The translations under genes were made by a program, and so were the position numbers. From Podarcis melisellensis (Eukaryota), in NCBI GenBank assembly GCA_964234715.1, contig OZ174275.1: a stretch of DNA of 64,000 nt; one strand, given 5' to 3'. Below the pieces are notes generated by a model. It searched no databases and was not told the DNA's origin. It saw only the letters and a list, made by a program, of their open reading frames with translations. Position 1 is the first letter of the stretch, and every line of letters starts with the position of its first letter. Below are positions 26,316-38,293 of this stretch, in pieces.

Positions 26316-26932
26316 GTAAATGTCTGAGATTGTTCCCTGGGCAGTGTATGTTCCATGTTCGGAACATTTGTCTCAAACTAAACAAGTTAAGGGTGTGGAG
26401 GGAGTGCTTCATACATTAACTGGGACAATTAAGGAGCAACTGCAGGATCTACAGTAATTGTGGAACACGTTTTTGTGGGTTACAGTCCACTTTGTAAAGA
26501 ACTACACATTACCCTGGCAAAAATGATTTCTTATGCATGAAATGACCTCAAAAATATAGCACTAAAGTGCAGATGAAGGGCTTAATTCAAGGTTCAGTGT
26601 GTCAGGCCTAGTCCTTAGCAGCCTGAACCTCCTCCATTGTCTTCCTGTATTGCAATACTGTACTATATGAAGATAGACTGGAAGCAAAATTACCATGTAT
26701 GCAAGACTCAGGGCCACAAGGGCATGGGGAAAGGCTTTTTACTCTGGATTTCCTTTCCCCTGGTGACCTACCAATACCTGAGTTTAGGTGTTTTTTGAAT
26801 GTGGCATGAGACCTTATAATTCAAATTGGGTTTTGGAGGAATAGGACAAAGACAACACATTCAAAGTAGGACTTTAGAAGTTATCCACTGTGCATCTTGA
26901 GTTTTCAATTAATTAACTGATCTTGATTTCAG

Positions 26933-27070
26933 GTTTGATATTCTGGAGCAAGAAATGAACAACCTGGCTTCTCAGATTGAAGGGGTCAATCAAGCTGCCT
27001 TTGGACTAATAGAAAGTGGGCATCCACGCAGTGTGAGTGTGAGGCAGTGTCAGCAGCGTCTGAATGCCAG
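26933..27070 (+). CDS. SPTB: SPTB exon 15
   Basis: [22 protein letters not shown]...QQRLNAR; |gtaagt; 138 nt. Confidence 0.94.
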
Positions 27071-27198
27071 GTAAGTTCCCCTTAGAAGGACCAAAACAGA
27101 TGCATGAAAAAGAAGGACCTAAAGAAAAGATCTCTGCTGCATTCAATGCAATGATTCTTTCATTCATTCATTCATTCATTTTGCTCTGCTTCTTTTAG

Positions 27199-27955
27199 AT
27201 GGAAAGTCTTCCAGGAGATGGTAGCTCAGAGGCGGAAAGCTGTGGACTTTGCCCTTAGCCTCCACAATTACTGTGTGGATTGCGAGGAGACAAGGAAATG
27301 GATCCTGGAAAAAACCAGTGTCATCGAATCTACGCAGGACCTTGGCAAAAACCTGGCAGGCATGATTGCCATGCAGAGGAAGTTATATGGCATTGAGCGT
27401 GACCTAGCAGCTATCCAAGCCCGGCTTGCATCCCTGCAGCAGGAAGCACACCGGTTAGCCGAAGAGCACCCTGACCTAGCTGACGACATCTACAGTCGAC
27501 TGACAGCTGTCACTGGAGTCTGGCTGGACCTGCAGAATACGTTGCAGAGCCAGGAGGCCTCTCTCGGAGAAGCCAGCAAGCTGCACAAATTCTTGCAGGA
27601 CTTAGATGACTTCCAGGCATGGCTCTTCAAGGCCCAAAAAGCTGTTGCTTCAGAAGAGGTGCCCAACTCACTGGTAGAAGCTGAGCACCTCCTGCAGCAG
27701 CATGCTGCCATTAAGGAAGAAATTGATCAACACAAGGATGATTACCACAGTGTCAAGGAGATAGGAGGCAGAGTGACCCAAGGACAGACAGATGTTGAGT
27801 ATCAGCAGCTAGAGCAGCGGCTTCAGGGCATGGATACAGGCTGGAATGCCTTATGTAAAATGTGGGATAGCAGGGAGAAATTCCTCAACAAGTGTCTTGG
27901 CTTCCAGGAATTTCTTAAAGATGCAAAGCAAGTGGAAATCATTCTTACTAATCAG
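27199..27955 (+). CDS. SPTB: SPTB exon 16
   Basis: [15 protein letters not shown]...[10 protein letters not shown]; 757 nt. Confidence 0.95.
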
Positions 27956-28486
27956 GTATGGCTGCAGGGAACATGCATCTTATAACTTTTATGTATGTTA
28001 CATCAGTGTCTCAAGATTGCATCCTGGTGCTTGAGTGTCGTAAGTGTTGCGCTCTACAGAGAAGCAGTAGTGGAATTTGCCATCTGAGCACTTGCATGTC
28101 TTACGAAGCTTGTCAGCTGGCATGTGGCAGCCACAGAAAAATCCTGCCCATGCTGTGCACCCTCTCCTGTACAGGAGCTGCATTTCAGCACATATTGAAA
28201 AATATTGGAGAAACAAGTCTTCCTGATGCATGCTGAAAGCGGAATCCTGTGCTTAGCAGCAAGTTGATAGAAGCAGTTTGCAAAAGCTGGGCTCTATTTT
28301 ATGCAGGCATTTCAAGTGCTTTCTCTTTAGCTGACATGCATATGATGGCTGCAGTGTGCCATACTAACATGCAGACTGTTGTAGACTAGAATTGGCTTTA
28401 GGCTTTGCAGAAGAGAGTTGTTTTTTAACGTCCTGTGCTGTTTCTCTGAGTAATTGACTTGTTTTCTTCCACAATAACTGCTTTAG

Positions 28487-28689
28487 GAATACACTCTGGC
28501 TCACATCGAGCCCCCGGACACCTTGGAAGCATCAGTGGCTGCTATCCGAAAATTTGAAGATTTCCTTGCTACTATGGAAGCAAACGAGGAAAAAATTACA
28601 GGGCTGGTGGCCAGTGGGAACCAGCTGGTGGCTGAAGGAAATATTTACTCTGATAAAATCAAGGAGAAAGTGCAGCTGATTCAAGAGAG
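28487..28689 (+). CDS. SPTB: SPTB exon 17
   Basis: [16 protein letters not shown]...[10 protein letters not shown]; 203 nt. Confidence 0.94.
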
Positions 28690-28757
28690 GTAATTTCCGT
28701 GGAAGAGTTTCAATGGGACAGCTCAGTGCTCACATTACAAGATACAAAAAAATAAAA

Positions 28758-29195
28758 AAATTGTCCAGTAGCACCTTAGAGACCAACACCTTAGAGATGT
28801 TCTTGGTATAACCTTTTGTGTGCATGCACACTTCTTTAGATACACTGAAAAGTTGCTGAATTACAACTTATCACTAAACTGAAAGTTATGGAGAAAAATG
28901 GTCTTAATAGAGATATTGGATTCCTGTCTCATTACATATGCTAATCATCTGCATACTATCCCTTGCTTTTTCCTGTAGGACCAATTGCAGTCGTTAACAG
29001 TCATCAACAGGTTTACCATACCCATTGAGTCAATCACCCATCTCCTACTACCCTCCTGAGAAAAACTCCACCCTCCCACCATATATAAGGGTCTGGTGAC
29101 TTCTGTTTCAGTGCATCTGAAGAAGTGTGCATGTACACAAAAGCTTATACCAAGAACAAACTTAGTTGGTCCCTAAGGTGCTACTGGACATTTTT
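28758..29195 (+). mobile_element. Penelope-like element 3' fragment with inverted terminal copy
   Basis: GIY-YIG C-terminus VAELQLITKLKVMEKNGLNRDIGFLSHYIC* (28852-28944) between inverted copies of the ~90-nt 3' end (28760-28850 vs 29105-29192). Confidence 0.8.
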
Positions 29196-29598
29196 TAAAT
29201 TATTATATATATATGAACAGCACTCTGGAAAAGGTGTGTGGAAGGGGGGTGGGGAGAGAGAAAGGGAGAGATTTGGTTATCTCTTCAAACAGAGGAAAAC
29301 CATCACCCAGATTTTTGTTCTGAGGCAATAATAGCCCAAAACAAGAGATGCATATGAGGAGATCTGGGGAGGCCTTTTCTGAGCTGCAAACCCATCCCTC
29401 CCCTATTAAAAAGGAAAATTCATACATATTTAACCAGGATAATAAAAGACAAGCGTGACAACAGTCTGAGCTTGCAGCTCCAAACTGAAAGCTGCCATTT
29501 GAGGAGGAGCAAAAATGTAGTTAAGGCAGGGATGGAGAAGTCAGTTTACTTGCTTTCACTATTGTGCTGTGCCTTGTTTACCTTGCAGTGATTACTGT

Positions 29599-29746
29599 AT
29601 AGAATCATAGAATTGAAGAGTTGGAAAGGGACCCCAAGGGTCATCTAGTCCAACCCCTGGGAATGCAGGAATCTTTTGCTCAATGTGGGGCTCAAACCCA
29701 CGACCCTGAGATTAAGTGTCTCATGCTCTGTCGACCGAGCTGTCCC
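29599..29746 (-). mobile_element. tRNA/CR1-tail SINE
   Basis: agaatcatagaat tail with tRNA-like head on the minus strand. Confidence 0.8.
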
Positions 29747-29879
29747 ATTTCTAGCCTACATAGCAGCATTCTGTTTTTGACCACATACAAGGCTTGAGCC
29801 CCATTGATGTGTGATTCTTATTTTCTGCCTCTGTGCTTGAGATATGGAATGATTCAGGAGTTTAGGAAGCAGCTCATCT

Positions 29880-30030
29880 AGCTCAGTTTTGACTATGCTG
29901 ACTGGCAGTGGCTCTCCAGGGCTGCAGGCAGGGAGTCTCTCCCAGCCCTACCTGGGGAGATGTCAGGGGTTACACCTGAGACCTTTTGCATTCAAAGTAG
30001 CTGGTTCTACCACTGAGCTACAGCCCTTCC
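29880..30030 (-). mobile_element. tRNA-derived SINE (Squam3/MIR-like)
   Basis: Minus strand reads gggctgtagctcagtggtaga...ccctggagagccactgccagtc. Confidence 0.7.
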
Positions 30031-30143
30031 CTAAAGGGCTGTCATTGGAAATCTACAGTGCGCAGCTGCTTTACACGCATACAGACAAGTGTAGCAGGGT
30101 TCTCTGGGTTGCTGGGACCAGTGTGTTATGATACTAGCTAAGC

Positions 30144-30572
30144 CAGTGGTTTTCACTGTGGCACCCTGGGGTGCCTTGAATGATGGTCAGGGATGCCACG
30201 GGCAACATTGGCCTCTGCCCCTCTTTCCTTCCCTCCCTCCTCTGATGCCCTCTTGCGTCTCTGCCTACCAATGGTTGCAACAGCCCTGGGTATAAGCTCC
30301 GCAGGTGAATGGCGCCTCTGGGAGGCACCTCCATTTGGGGTGGGGACTCAGAGACCAGGGAAGGCAGCAGCAGCTGCCCAGAGGACTACCAAGGAGATGG
30401 AGAGGAGGTTGAGGGAACACTCCACAAGGGAGGGAGTTCGAAAGAGGGAGAGAGGCTGCCAGCTCTGCAGAGAAGGGGTGACATAACTGGGCTCCTGAGC
30501 CCCACAAGGTGGCAGCAGAAAGAATGTAGTTGGTTAAGAGAGCCGTGCACTCAAAAAGGTTGAAAACCTCTG
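30144..30572. mobile_element. hAT-type non-autonomous element
   Basis: TIR cagtggttttca/tgaaaacctctg; 8-bp TSD AGCTAAGC. Confidence 0.85.
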
Positions 30573-30661
30573 AGCTAAGCTATTAGACAATTGGGAGGAA
30601 GGGCAGGATATAAATTGAATAAATAATAGCCATTTAAGAATGGCGCTATTGTTGTTTCTAG

Positions 30662-30752
30662 GTACAATAGAAACATTGCAAAATCTCAAGAGGCCTTGGT
30701 GCTGCTGAAGGACAATCATGAGCTGCGGAACTTCCTACAGAATTGCCAGGAG
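30662..30752 (+). CDS. SPTB: SPTB exon 18
   Basis: YNRNIAKSQEALVLLKDNHELRNFLQNCQE; 91 nt. Confidence 0.93.
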
Positions 30753-30886
30753 GTAAGGATGCCAGGCCTACTACTCCTGCTACCACCAATCTAAGGTGCA
30801 TCTGCATTTATCCTTCTTCTCCAAATGGTGGTTATAACTTTGGATTATGCCAGCAGTAAATACTTCTCACTGCACCTTTCAGTTCC

Positions 30887-31172
30887 TAGAATCATAGAAT
30901 TGTAGCGTTGGAAGGGACCCTGAGGGACATCTAGTCCAGCCTCCCACAATGCAGGAATCTCAACTAAATCATACATGACAGATGGCCATCCAACCTCTGC
31001 TTGAAAACCTCCAGTGAAGGAGAGTCCACCACCTCTCATGGGAGTCCATTCCATTGTCAAACAGCTCTTACTGTCAAAAAGTTATTCCTGATATTTAGTC
31101 GGAAACTCTTTTCTTGTAACTTGAATCCATTGGTACGGGTCCTACCCACTGGAGCAGGAAAAATAAATTCCG
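30887..31172 (-). mobile_element. CR1 LINE 3' end
   Basis: (AGAATCAT)n tail plus typical CR1 3' body. Confidence 0.8.
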
Positions 31173-31415
31173 CATCTCAGCCCTATGATTCCAAGTACTT
31201 CAGAGAAGCACAATCAGTCATTAAAAAGTGGCTGAAATAAAGTGGGTGGGTGGGGAGAGAATTAAGTAAGAATATGAACAAAATAGTCTTGAGTTTGTTT
31301 AGCTAATTATTTTACCCACATTTATCACTTAGCTTCAAGTACTAGCAAAATGTTAAGGGAGTTTGGCAAAAGTCTATAACCTTCCTTTGCAGTAATTAAC
31401 TTCCTTTGTTTGCAG

Positions 31416-31562
31416 CTTACTATCTGGATTGATGAGAAGATGCTCACAGCGCAAGACATATCCTACGATGAAGCCCGGAACCTGCACAGCAAATGGTTGA
31501 AGCACCAGTCTTTCATGGCAGAACTTGCTTCTAACCAAGGATGGCTAGAGAATGTAGATGAG
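31416..31562 (+). CDS. SPTB: SPTB exon 19
   Basis: [49 protein letters not shown]; 147 nt. Confidence 0.95.
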
Positions 31563-31873
31563 GTAAGTTCTTGCAAGACCTGGAGTAGTGTGACATCTCT
31601 CCCAGCTCTTTTCTCCCATTGTCTCTATACCTTAGTGACTCCTGATATTTCGGAGCATTATCCTGCCCTCATCCAGCCACCAGCTAATGTTGTGTTGCCT
31701 GCAACCACTTGGAGCACTGCATGTAGTTGACTACAAAGACCCATCTCCTGCCAACCCTGTATTTCTTACTCTGTATTTTCTTGATGAGAAATAGATGGCC
31801 TTCCTCTTAGCCAGTCCTTTGCTCTGACAAGTGCTTCCATGTCTTCCCCCCATCCCCTCTCTCTTTTCTCCAG

Positions 31874-32137
31874 GAAGGGCAGAAGCTAGCAAAGCAGAAG
31901 CCCCAGTATGAACACATTGTTTGCCAGAGGCTAGAGGAGCTGCACCAGCTTTGGGACAAGCTGCAAGCAACCACAGATGAGAAGGCTCAGCACCTGTTTG
32001 ATGCCAACCGCTCTGACCTTTATGCACAGAGTTGTGCTGACCTTGATGCATGGATTAGTGAGATGGAGGAGCAGCTGAAATCTGATGCCCAAGGGAAAGA
32101 TCTCACCAGTGTCAACATCCTACTGAAGAACCTGAAA
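31874..32137 (+). CDS. SPTB: SPTB exon 20
   Basis: [13 protein letters not shown]...[15 protein letters not shown]; 264 nt. Confidence 0.94.
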
Positions 32138-32956
32138 GTAAGTCACAGGGGGTGGCATTCGCCGATTAACGAACATGACTAAATTAGGTACATTATTTTC
32201 AGTGGGTCTAGTCTGATAAAAACTTAGTCAAATACCACTTCCAGGGTGGAGGGAGGAGTCGATGCAGATACCCATTGCCGGGGGGGGGGAGAAATCTGGA
32301 AAGTCAGTTCAAAGCCCTGCTGCCAGGCGGCATGGGTGGGGGTGGTTATCTGTTAACAATCCCCCTGCCCGCACTAGGGGGTGTGGCAGGGCTGTGTCCA
32401 GCTTTTGAACTGCCCCCTTTTTTTGCTCCAGAACTTTCCTTGTTAAAACACCTCTTTAAAGTTCATTTGGAGCAAACAGCAATCCACGAAAGCCTGACTT
32501 GACATTTGTTCCAATTGAGTGCTACAGAGTGGGTTTTTGTGGGGTAAGCTCCAGGGCAAAAAAACACACCAAACCAACCAGCACTCAGACACAGAGCTTA
32601 GGTCGTGTGCCTGGAAAGACCTTAGATACTGCAATAATCCATTTTCACCCTGATTCCAGTGTATTCTTTCACCTTTGCCATCAGAACAGGGGCTCTCCAT
32701 TTTTTGCTGAGACCACCATTTTCTTACCCCTCACAAAGAAAGGCCCAACCCTCCTCAATTACTTTTTCCATGATGGTTCTCTTCAAGTCTCTCCAGTCTC
32801 AGGTGTGAATAAAAAGGGTGTCCTTGTTTTTCTAGGAAATGAAATGGGAAAGTCAGGCTGGAAATTTGTAAATATGTCACCAAGCCCAAAGCCTATGCCC
32901 CCCAAAATATAAATTTTGACAAGATGGCTGAGTTAATAGAGGCTTTCTAATTTCAG

Positions 32957-33172
32957 CGACTAGATGAGCAAGTAAGTGTGAGGAAGAAAGAGATGGAAGA
33001 CTTGCTGTCTCACGCCCCTTCAACCAGAGGAGACCTGCATGAAGCAGATGGCAAGCATGAGATCATTGAGAGAAGGTTCCAGGATCTTCTGCAGCCATTG
33101 GATAAGAGGAGGAAGGAGCTGGAGACAACCAAGGCTCGATACCAGTTGGACCGGGATCTGGAAGATGAACTG
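32957..33172 (+). CDS. SPTB: SPTB exon 21
   Basis: RLDEQVSVRKKEMEDL...YQLDRDLEDEL; 216 nt. Confidence 0.93.
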
Positions 33173-33310
33173 GTGAGCTATCATCTGAATGTGCCATTAG
33201 GAAGGACTTCTAGTCAACCTTATTACTTTAATTTAGAGGGCAGGGGGCGCTGTTACAGTACAGCTGGTCCCCATGAGACACATAGGCAGTCTGTGTTAGA
33301 TAAACAGAGT

Positions 33311-33560
33311 AATGCAGTTGTACCTTGGAAGTCGAATGGAATCTGTTCTGGAAGTCCATTCAACTTCCAAAACGTTCAAAAACCAAACTGAGGCTTCTGA
33401 TTGGCTGCAGGAAGCTCCTGCAGCCAATCAGAAGATGTGAAAGCCCCATTCAGGTTCCAGAAGAAAGCTCACAAACCAGAACCATCACTTCCGGGTTGCG
33501 GTGTTCAGGAGCCAAAACGTCTGAGTTCCAGGATGTTCAGGATCCAATATACAAGTGTTA
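33311..33560. mobile_element. Tigger/Mariner-type MITE with internal 19-bp perfect hairpin (33394-33434)
   Basis: cagttgtaccttgg end resembles the 40445 and 41646 elements; cttctgattggctgcagga-agc-tcctgcagccaatcagaag. Confidence 0.6.
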
Positions 33561-33646
33561 CTTCATCCCCCACCCACCCCACTTGTGTACACATATATAG
33601 CCTGACTTTTCTGTACCTGCACTTTAGTAATTCTTCTGTATTCCAG

Positions 33647-33736
33647 CTTTGGGTACAAGAGCGATTGCCCCTTGCTCAGTCCACTGACCATGGCACAAAC
33701 CTCCTGTCAGTACAGATGCTTACGAAGAAAATGCAG
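33647..33736 (+). CDS. SPTB: SPTB exon 22
   Basis: LWVQERLPLAQSTDHGTNLLSVQMLTKKMQ; 90 nt. Confidence 0.94.
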
Positions 33737-34315
33737 GTGAGTCTGTCCACCATCTCTGAGTTTTGTCGTCCTGTCCCCCCCTGCCAATTTAATTTAATTG
33801 CATTTTGGAATGAACACAGGCTGGCTGGGTGGATTTTGGCTGTGGCTGCAAACATTCAAACGTTCAGTGGTGTCTGTATAATAGCTGTTAGCAAATGGAG
33901 TGGGAGGATTTCTCAAATATGCATGTACCAGCAGCTCTCCAGCTTTGCCTACTCACCACTCTCTGCCAGATGCCTCATCCCCTTGCCAAGCCTCCTCCCT
34001 TTACAGCTTGATTTGAGATTGATGTTGTATGGACGATGCTGCATAAATGGGGACACAGGCAGACCCTAGCCCATGCTGAACTCTGGTGTGTACAAGCCCT
34101 GAGTCAAAGGAGTTCCCTGGGGGTGGGTGAGGATGCAGGTAGATGCCAAAGTGCTTCCCTTTGCAGCAGCCTGCAAGACCTGAATATTGCCATCATGTTA
34201 GACATTGTTGTCAGTAGCCCCTATTAATGACTACTCAGTAAATGGGAAGAGCTCCCTTCAAAGAGGTGTCTGATCTTAACCAAACCTCCTTAAAAGTGCC
34301 TCTGTCCCTTGCTAG

Positions 34316-34600
34316 ACGCTGCAGAAAGAAATTGCTGGCCATGCCCCACGCATTGAGGACGTCCTTTTCAGAGGGGAGGCCATGCTGGCTGGAGCAGAGG
34401 GGGATGGAGACTTCCGGGATACCGAAGAGCGCCTGAATCAGCTGAGGGATTCCTGGAGCACTTTGCAAGAGGAAACGTCAAAGAGGTTGCAGCGCCTGGA
34501 AGAAGCAAGTGAGGCTCAGCGATATTACTTGGATGCTGGTGAAGCAGAGGCCTGGATAAGTGAGCAGGAGCTCTATATGGGGACTGATGAGAAGCCAAAG
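34316..34600 (+). CDS. SPTB: SPTB exon 23
   Basis: [16 protein letters not shown]...[26 protein letters not shown]; 285 nt. Confidence 0.94.
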
Positions 34601-34764
34601 GTAAAGGTGCTAATATTGCCGGAAGCTGCTGCCACATCCCCAGGTCGGGGTGGGGTGGCAGTGATGGGGCAGCACAGTGAAATGGGATGCTCCACTCCTG
34701 GGTTGGCTCCACTCCGGGGCAGGATAAGATGCCATCAGTAACTGGAGGAGTTTTCTTTTCCTAG

Positions 34765-34895
34765 GATGAAGAGAGTGGCATTGTGATGCTGAAGAGACTC
34801 CTTCGCCAGCAGCGGTCCATAGAAGAGTACGGCAAAAACATCAAGCAGCTGGCTAGCTGGGCTCAGAAGCTGCTCTCTGCTGGACACCCGGAAGG
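34765..34895 (+). CDS. SPTB: SPTB exon 24
   Basis: [23 protein letters not shown]...AGHPEG; 131 nt. Confidence 0.93.
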
Positions 34896-35123
34896 GTAAG
34901 TATGTTTGGCTGCTGTTTCCCAGTCTCTCAAAGCTTTGGAAGAGAACAGCAGGGAGATTTTTTTTAAGTTCTGTGGAGCGTGGTATCAACTGACCCATCA
35001 TAGATCCCATATCTTGTCATTTGGCTCTCCGGAAACGCAGCCCACTGCATATCTGCTGGATTGTGTCTTTCTTCCTTTGGCGGGTGATATGGCTCAAGCA
35101 CGTCCTCCTTTGGTGTTTTTCAG

Positions 35124-35328
35124 GGAGGAGATAATCCGGCTGCAGGGGCAAGTAGACAAGCAGTATGCAGGCTTGAAAGACCAGTCTGAGGAGCGCAGGC
35201 GTAAGCTGGAGCACATGTGCCACTTCTTCAAGCTGAAGCGAGAAGTTGATGACCTGGAGCAGTGGATCGCAGAGAGAGATGTAGTGGCATCATCCCCAGA
35301 GATGGGCCAAGACCTCGACCATGTCACT
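35124..35328 (+). CDS. SPTB: SPTB exon 25
   Basis: [19 protein letters not shown]...[10 protein letters not shown]; 205 nt. Confidence 0.95.
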
Positions 35329-35722
35329 GTGAGCAAGCACTGTCAGAATGTGCATTAGGCAGCCCATTGTGGCCAGGTGTCTTAGTCCCCCATCTCTCTT
35401 GAGATGCCAGTTCCACTTTAGGTGTATAAGTACCATGTGAATGAGGACAATGGGTGGTGAGTGGTGTTATTTGACTGCACACTGTCATGTGGTGGCCAGA
35501 TGAAACATTGCTGCTAGGTGGTACAGGGTGTGTTAAAATTCAATTGCATTTAACATACAGGGAACCCCCGATGTATAGAGGGTACAACCACTGCACGTTT
35601 ACAATGGGAAGTTATCATTTATTCTTATGCTGGAAGAGTGGCTTGTTAGGGTATGGGAATCAGCCCACATGGCAAAGTTAACTAATGTTATAAGTTGGCA
35701 TAAAGGCACAAACAAACAAGTA

Positions 35723-35891
35723 CCGTATTTTTCGCTCTATAACACGCACCCGACCATAACACGCACGTAGGTTTTAGAGGAGGAAAATCTGTAGGCATGG
35801 CACCCGTAGGCATTTCCTCCATAACACGCACAGACATTTCCCCTTACTTTCGAGGAGGAAAAAAGTGAGTGTTATGGTGCAAAAAATACGG
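35723..35891. mobile_element. Tc1/Mariner (Tc2/pogo-type) MITE
   Basis: TA|ccgtatttttcgc ... gcaaaaaatacgg|TA. Confidence 0.85.
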
Positions 35892-36589
35892 TAATTGTTT
35901 TTTAAGTGGAATAATCTTGCCATGTACTGGTGCAATAAGGCACAAGAAAATAAGTAACCGCATATGCTGTTGCAAACTATTTAGTAATTTAAAGGATAAT
36001 TTAATTTTCGTATTTTGTCCTCTTGATTACATATATATTTACATATTCACATTTTTTTCTTTTTTCTCTTTTACCTGTTAAAATTATCCTGGGTTTAATA
36101 TATCTTTTTGTGTTTACATGTTTAGGCACTATCTTTTTTTTATAACAAACGACATGCAGCCTGGAGTGCAGAAATCACTATAGTTTTCTTCAAATATTAG
36201 GAAAGTAAAAGTGTGTTGGAGACATGGCGCTGTGTCTGACAACCTTGCCACCTCTACTCCTGACTTTACCCCATTCAGCAGCAAGGTCACAATTGGGCTC
36301 CCAAATGTGTTCCCTTGAACATGCTTACCAGCCTCCCTGTCCTTGGGATCATTCAGGCTTCCCAGCCACAGGGGGGACTTGTAAAGCACACTCAAGCAAA
36401 CTTGCTTAGGAGCCCCCTTCAGACCATGTTGCTGTGTCTAGTCAGGGACAGGCTGGAGCGCATGGTGCTGTCACTCCAATATACCTGCACGTGGCTAATG
36501 TCTGAAGAGAGCTTGTGTCATGACAAGAGTGGCTGTTGTAAGCTGTTTTCAGAAAATCAGCCACATTAGTGTGCTGCAGAAAAAACAAG

Positions 36590-36650
36590 AAAGAACATTG
36601 TGGTACCTTAAAGGCTAACAAATGTCTTATGGCATAAGCTTTCATATGTT
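36590..36650 (-). mobile_element. Short Penelope 3' remnant
   Basis: tgtggtaccttaaaggctaacaaatgtcttatggcataagctttc resembles reptile Penelope termini. Confidence 0.5.
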
Positions 36651-36786
36651 GGTAGGCTTTTTCAATGTTGGGTGACAGCCTGCAACTGAAAACAACAACA
36701 CTCTTTTACATCACTATGCAAAATAAAAGAGGCCTACGCTCCTTTGCATATGGTTATCCTAGAGAGAAAAAGGAGAAAATTGGCAG

Positions 36787-36790
<4 letters not shown>

Positions 36791-36852
<62 letters not shown>

Positions 36853-36861
36853 TGTGTGTGT
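36791..36861. repeat. Compound (TC)n(TG)n microsatellite
   Basis: Read directly. Confidence 0.95.
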
Positions 36862-36997
36862 TTCCAAGTAAGTCTCATGTTGTAATTTGGGACTGAACAT
36901 GGGTTCTGGATCTACAGAAAGTGACATTGCATCCATTGTTGAATGAGATTAGACCTCTTAGAATGCTCATGTTCTCTCTGGTTTGTTTCTTGGCTAG

Positions 36998-37372
36998 CTA
37001 CTGCGAGATAAGTTCCGTGACTTCACCCGGGAAACAGGAAACATCGGGCAGGAGCGGGTGGACGGTGTCAATCTCATAATTGAGCAGCTGATTGATGCTG
37101 GCCACCCGGAAGCTGCCACGATTGCGGAGTTGAAAGACAGTCTGAATGAGAGCTGGGCTGACTTGTTAGAGTTGATTGATACCAGGATACAGCTGCTGGC
37201 TGCCTCCTATGAACTGCACAAGTTCTTCTATGATGGTGGTGAGATCCTGGTTCTCATTGAGGAGAAGCACAAGGAACTGCCAGAGGAGTTGGGCCGGGAC
37301 GTCAACACAGCAGAGTCTTTCCACAGGATGCACACAGCGTTTGAGCGAGACATCCACTTGTTGGGACAGCAG
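36998..37372 (+). CDS. SPTB: SPTB exon 26, repeats 14-15 (ankyrin-binding region)
   Basis: [22 protein letters not shown]...[11 protein letters not shown]...[11 protein letters not shown]; 375 nt. Confidence 0.95.
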
Positions 37373-38048
37373 GTAACCACATAACTTACAAGTCTATAGC
37401 TCACTACTGGACAACATGGGGAACTGTATTGGTATAATCCCTGGTATAGATCAGAAATATATGTGTTTAAGCACTCCAGGGATGCTCGGCCTTGACCGTC
37501 CACATTTTTCTGTCATCTGTGTGTCTTGGCTAAAGGGAAATTGAACAGGTTTATGTGGCGTTTTCCAGATCTGATTGAAGTTAGCATCCTCCCTTGAAAG
37601 ACTTTGGAACATAAGGAAAACAGTCTCTTCTGGCTTAACTGGCATTCTTGATTTATTGCGCTACGGAGCCCAAACCAGATTCTCAATGTTTTCGTTTCCC
37701 TATGAAACTGGTCCTTCGTGCTTCCATTTTAAAATTAGGAAACCATGTCTGGAAGAGACTTGCATAGCCAGCATGCTTCCATACTACCCGTATTTTTGAG
37801 CAGGCTTCTGTCGCGTCTAACAAATTCAGGCTGCAAAACAGACGTTTGATGTGGACATCCGAAACAAATTTCCCCCAAAACCGAGACTTTTTGCAGTAGG
37901 GAAAGTGTTGGATAATGATGCAACATTGTCTAATCTCCCCACAGACAGGCTGAATGCCCATTAAACAGGGTTCCTGGAAGTGACTCTGGTCTTAGGTGCG
38001 AAGTGTACGTTCTTGGGTTGCAGTATAAAGTTCCCTCTTCTCTGGCAG

Positions 38049-38293
38049 GTTCAGCATTTCCAGGAGGTGGCGGTACGCCTGCAGGCAGCCTATGCTGGGG
38101 AAAGGGCCGTCGCTATTCAGAAGCAAGAGCAGGAGGTGGTGAAGGCCTGGAAGGCCCTGCTGACTGCCTGTGAGGGGCGGCGGGCTCAGCTGGTTGACAC
38201 GGCGGAGAAGTTCCGCTTCTTCAGCATGGTCCGGGACCTCATATCTTGGATGGAGAGTGTGATCCGGCAGATTGAAACACAGGAGAAGCCCAG
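38049..38293 (+). CDS. SPTB: SPTB exon 27
   Basis: [18 protein letters not shown]...QIETQEKPR; 245 nt. Confidence 0.95.

Noticed and set aside
33394-33434. Perfect hairpin as a pre-miRNA
   Set aside because: The 19-bp stem with a 3-nt loop is too short and lies inside a Tigger-like MITE.
33401-34069. 222-aa plus-strand ORF
   Set aside because: It is a chance join of a MITE, the 90-nt exon 22 and intron sequence; only 30 aa are spectrin.
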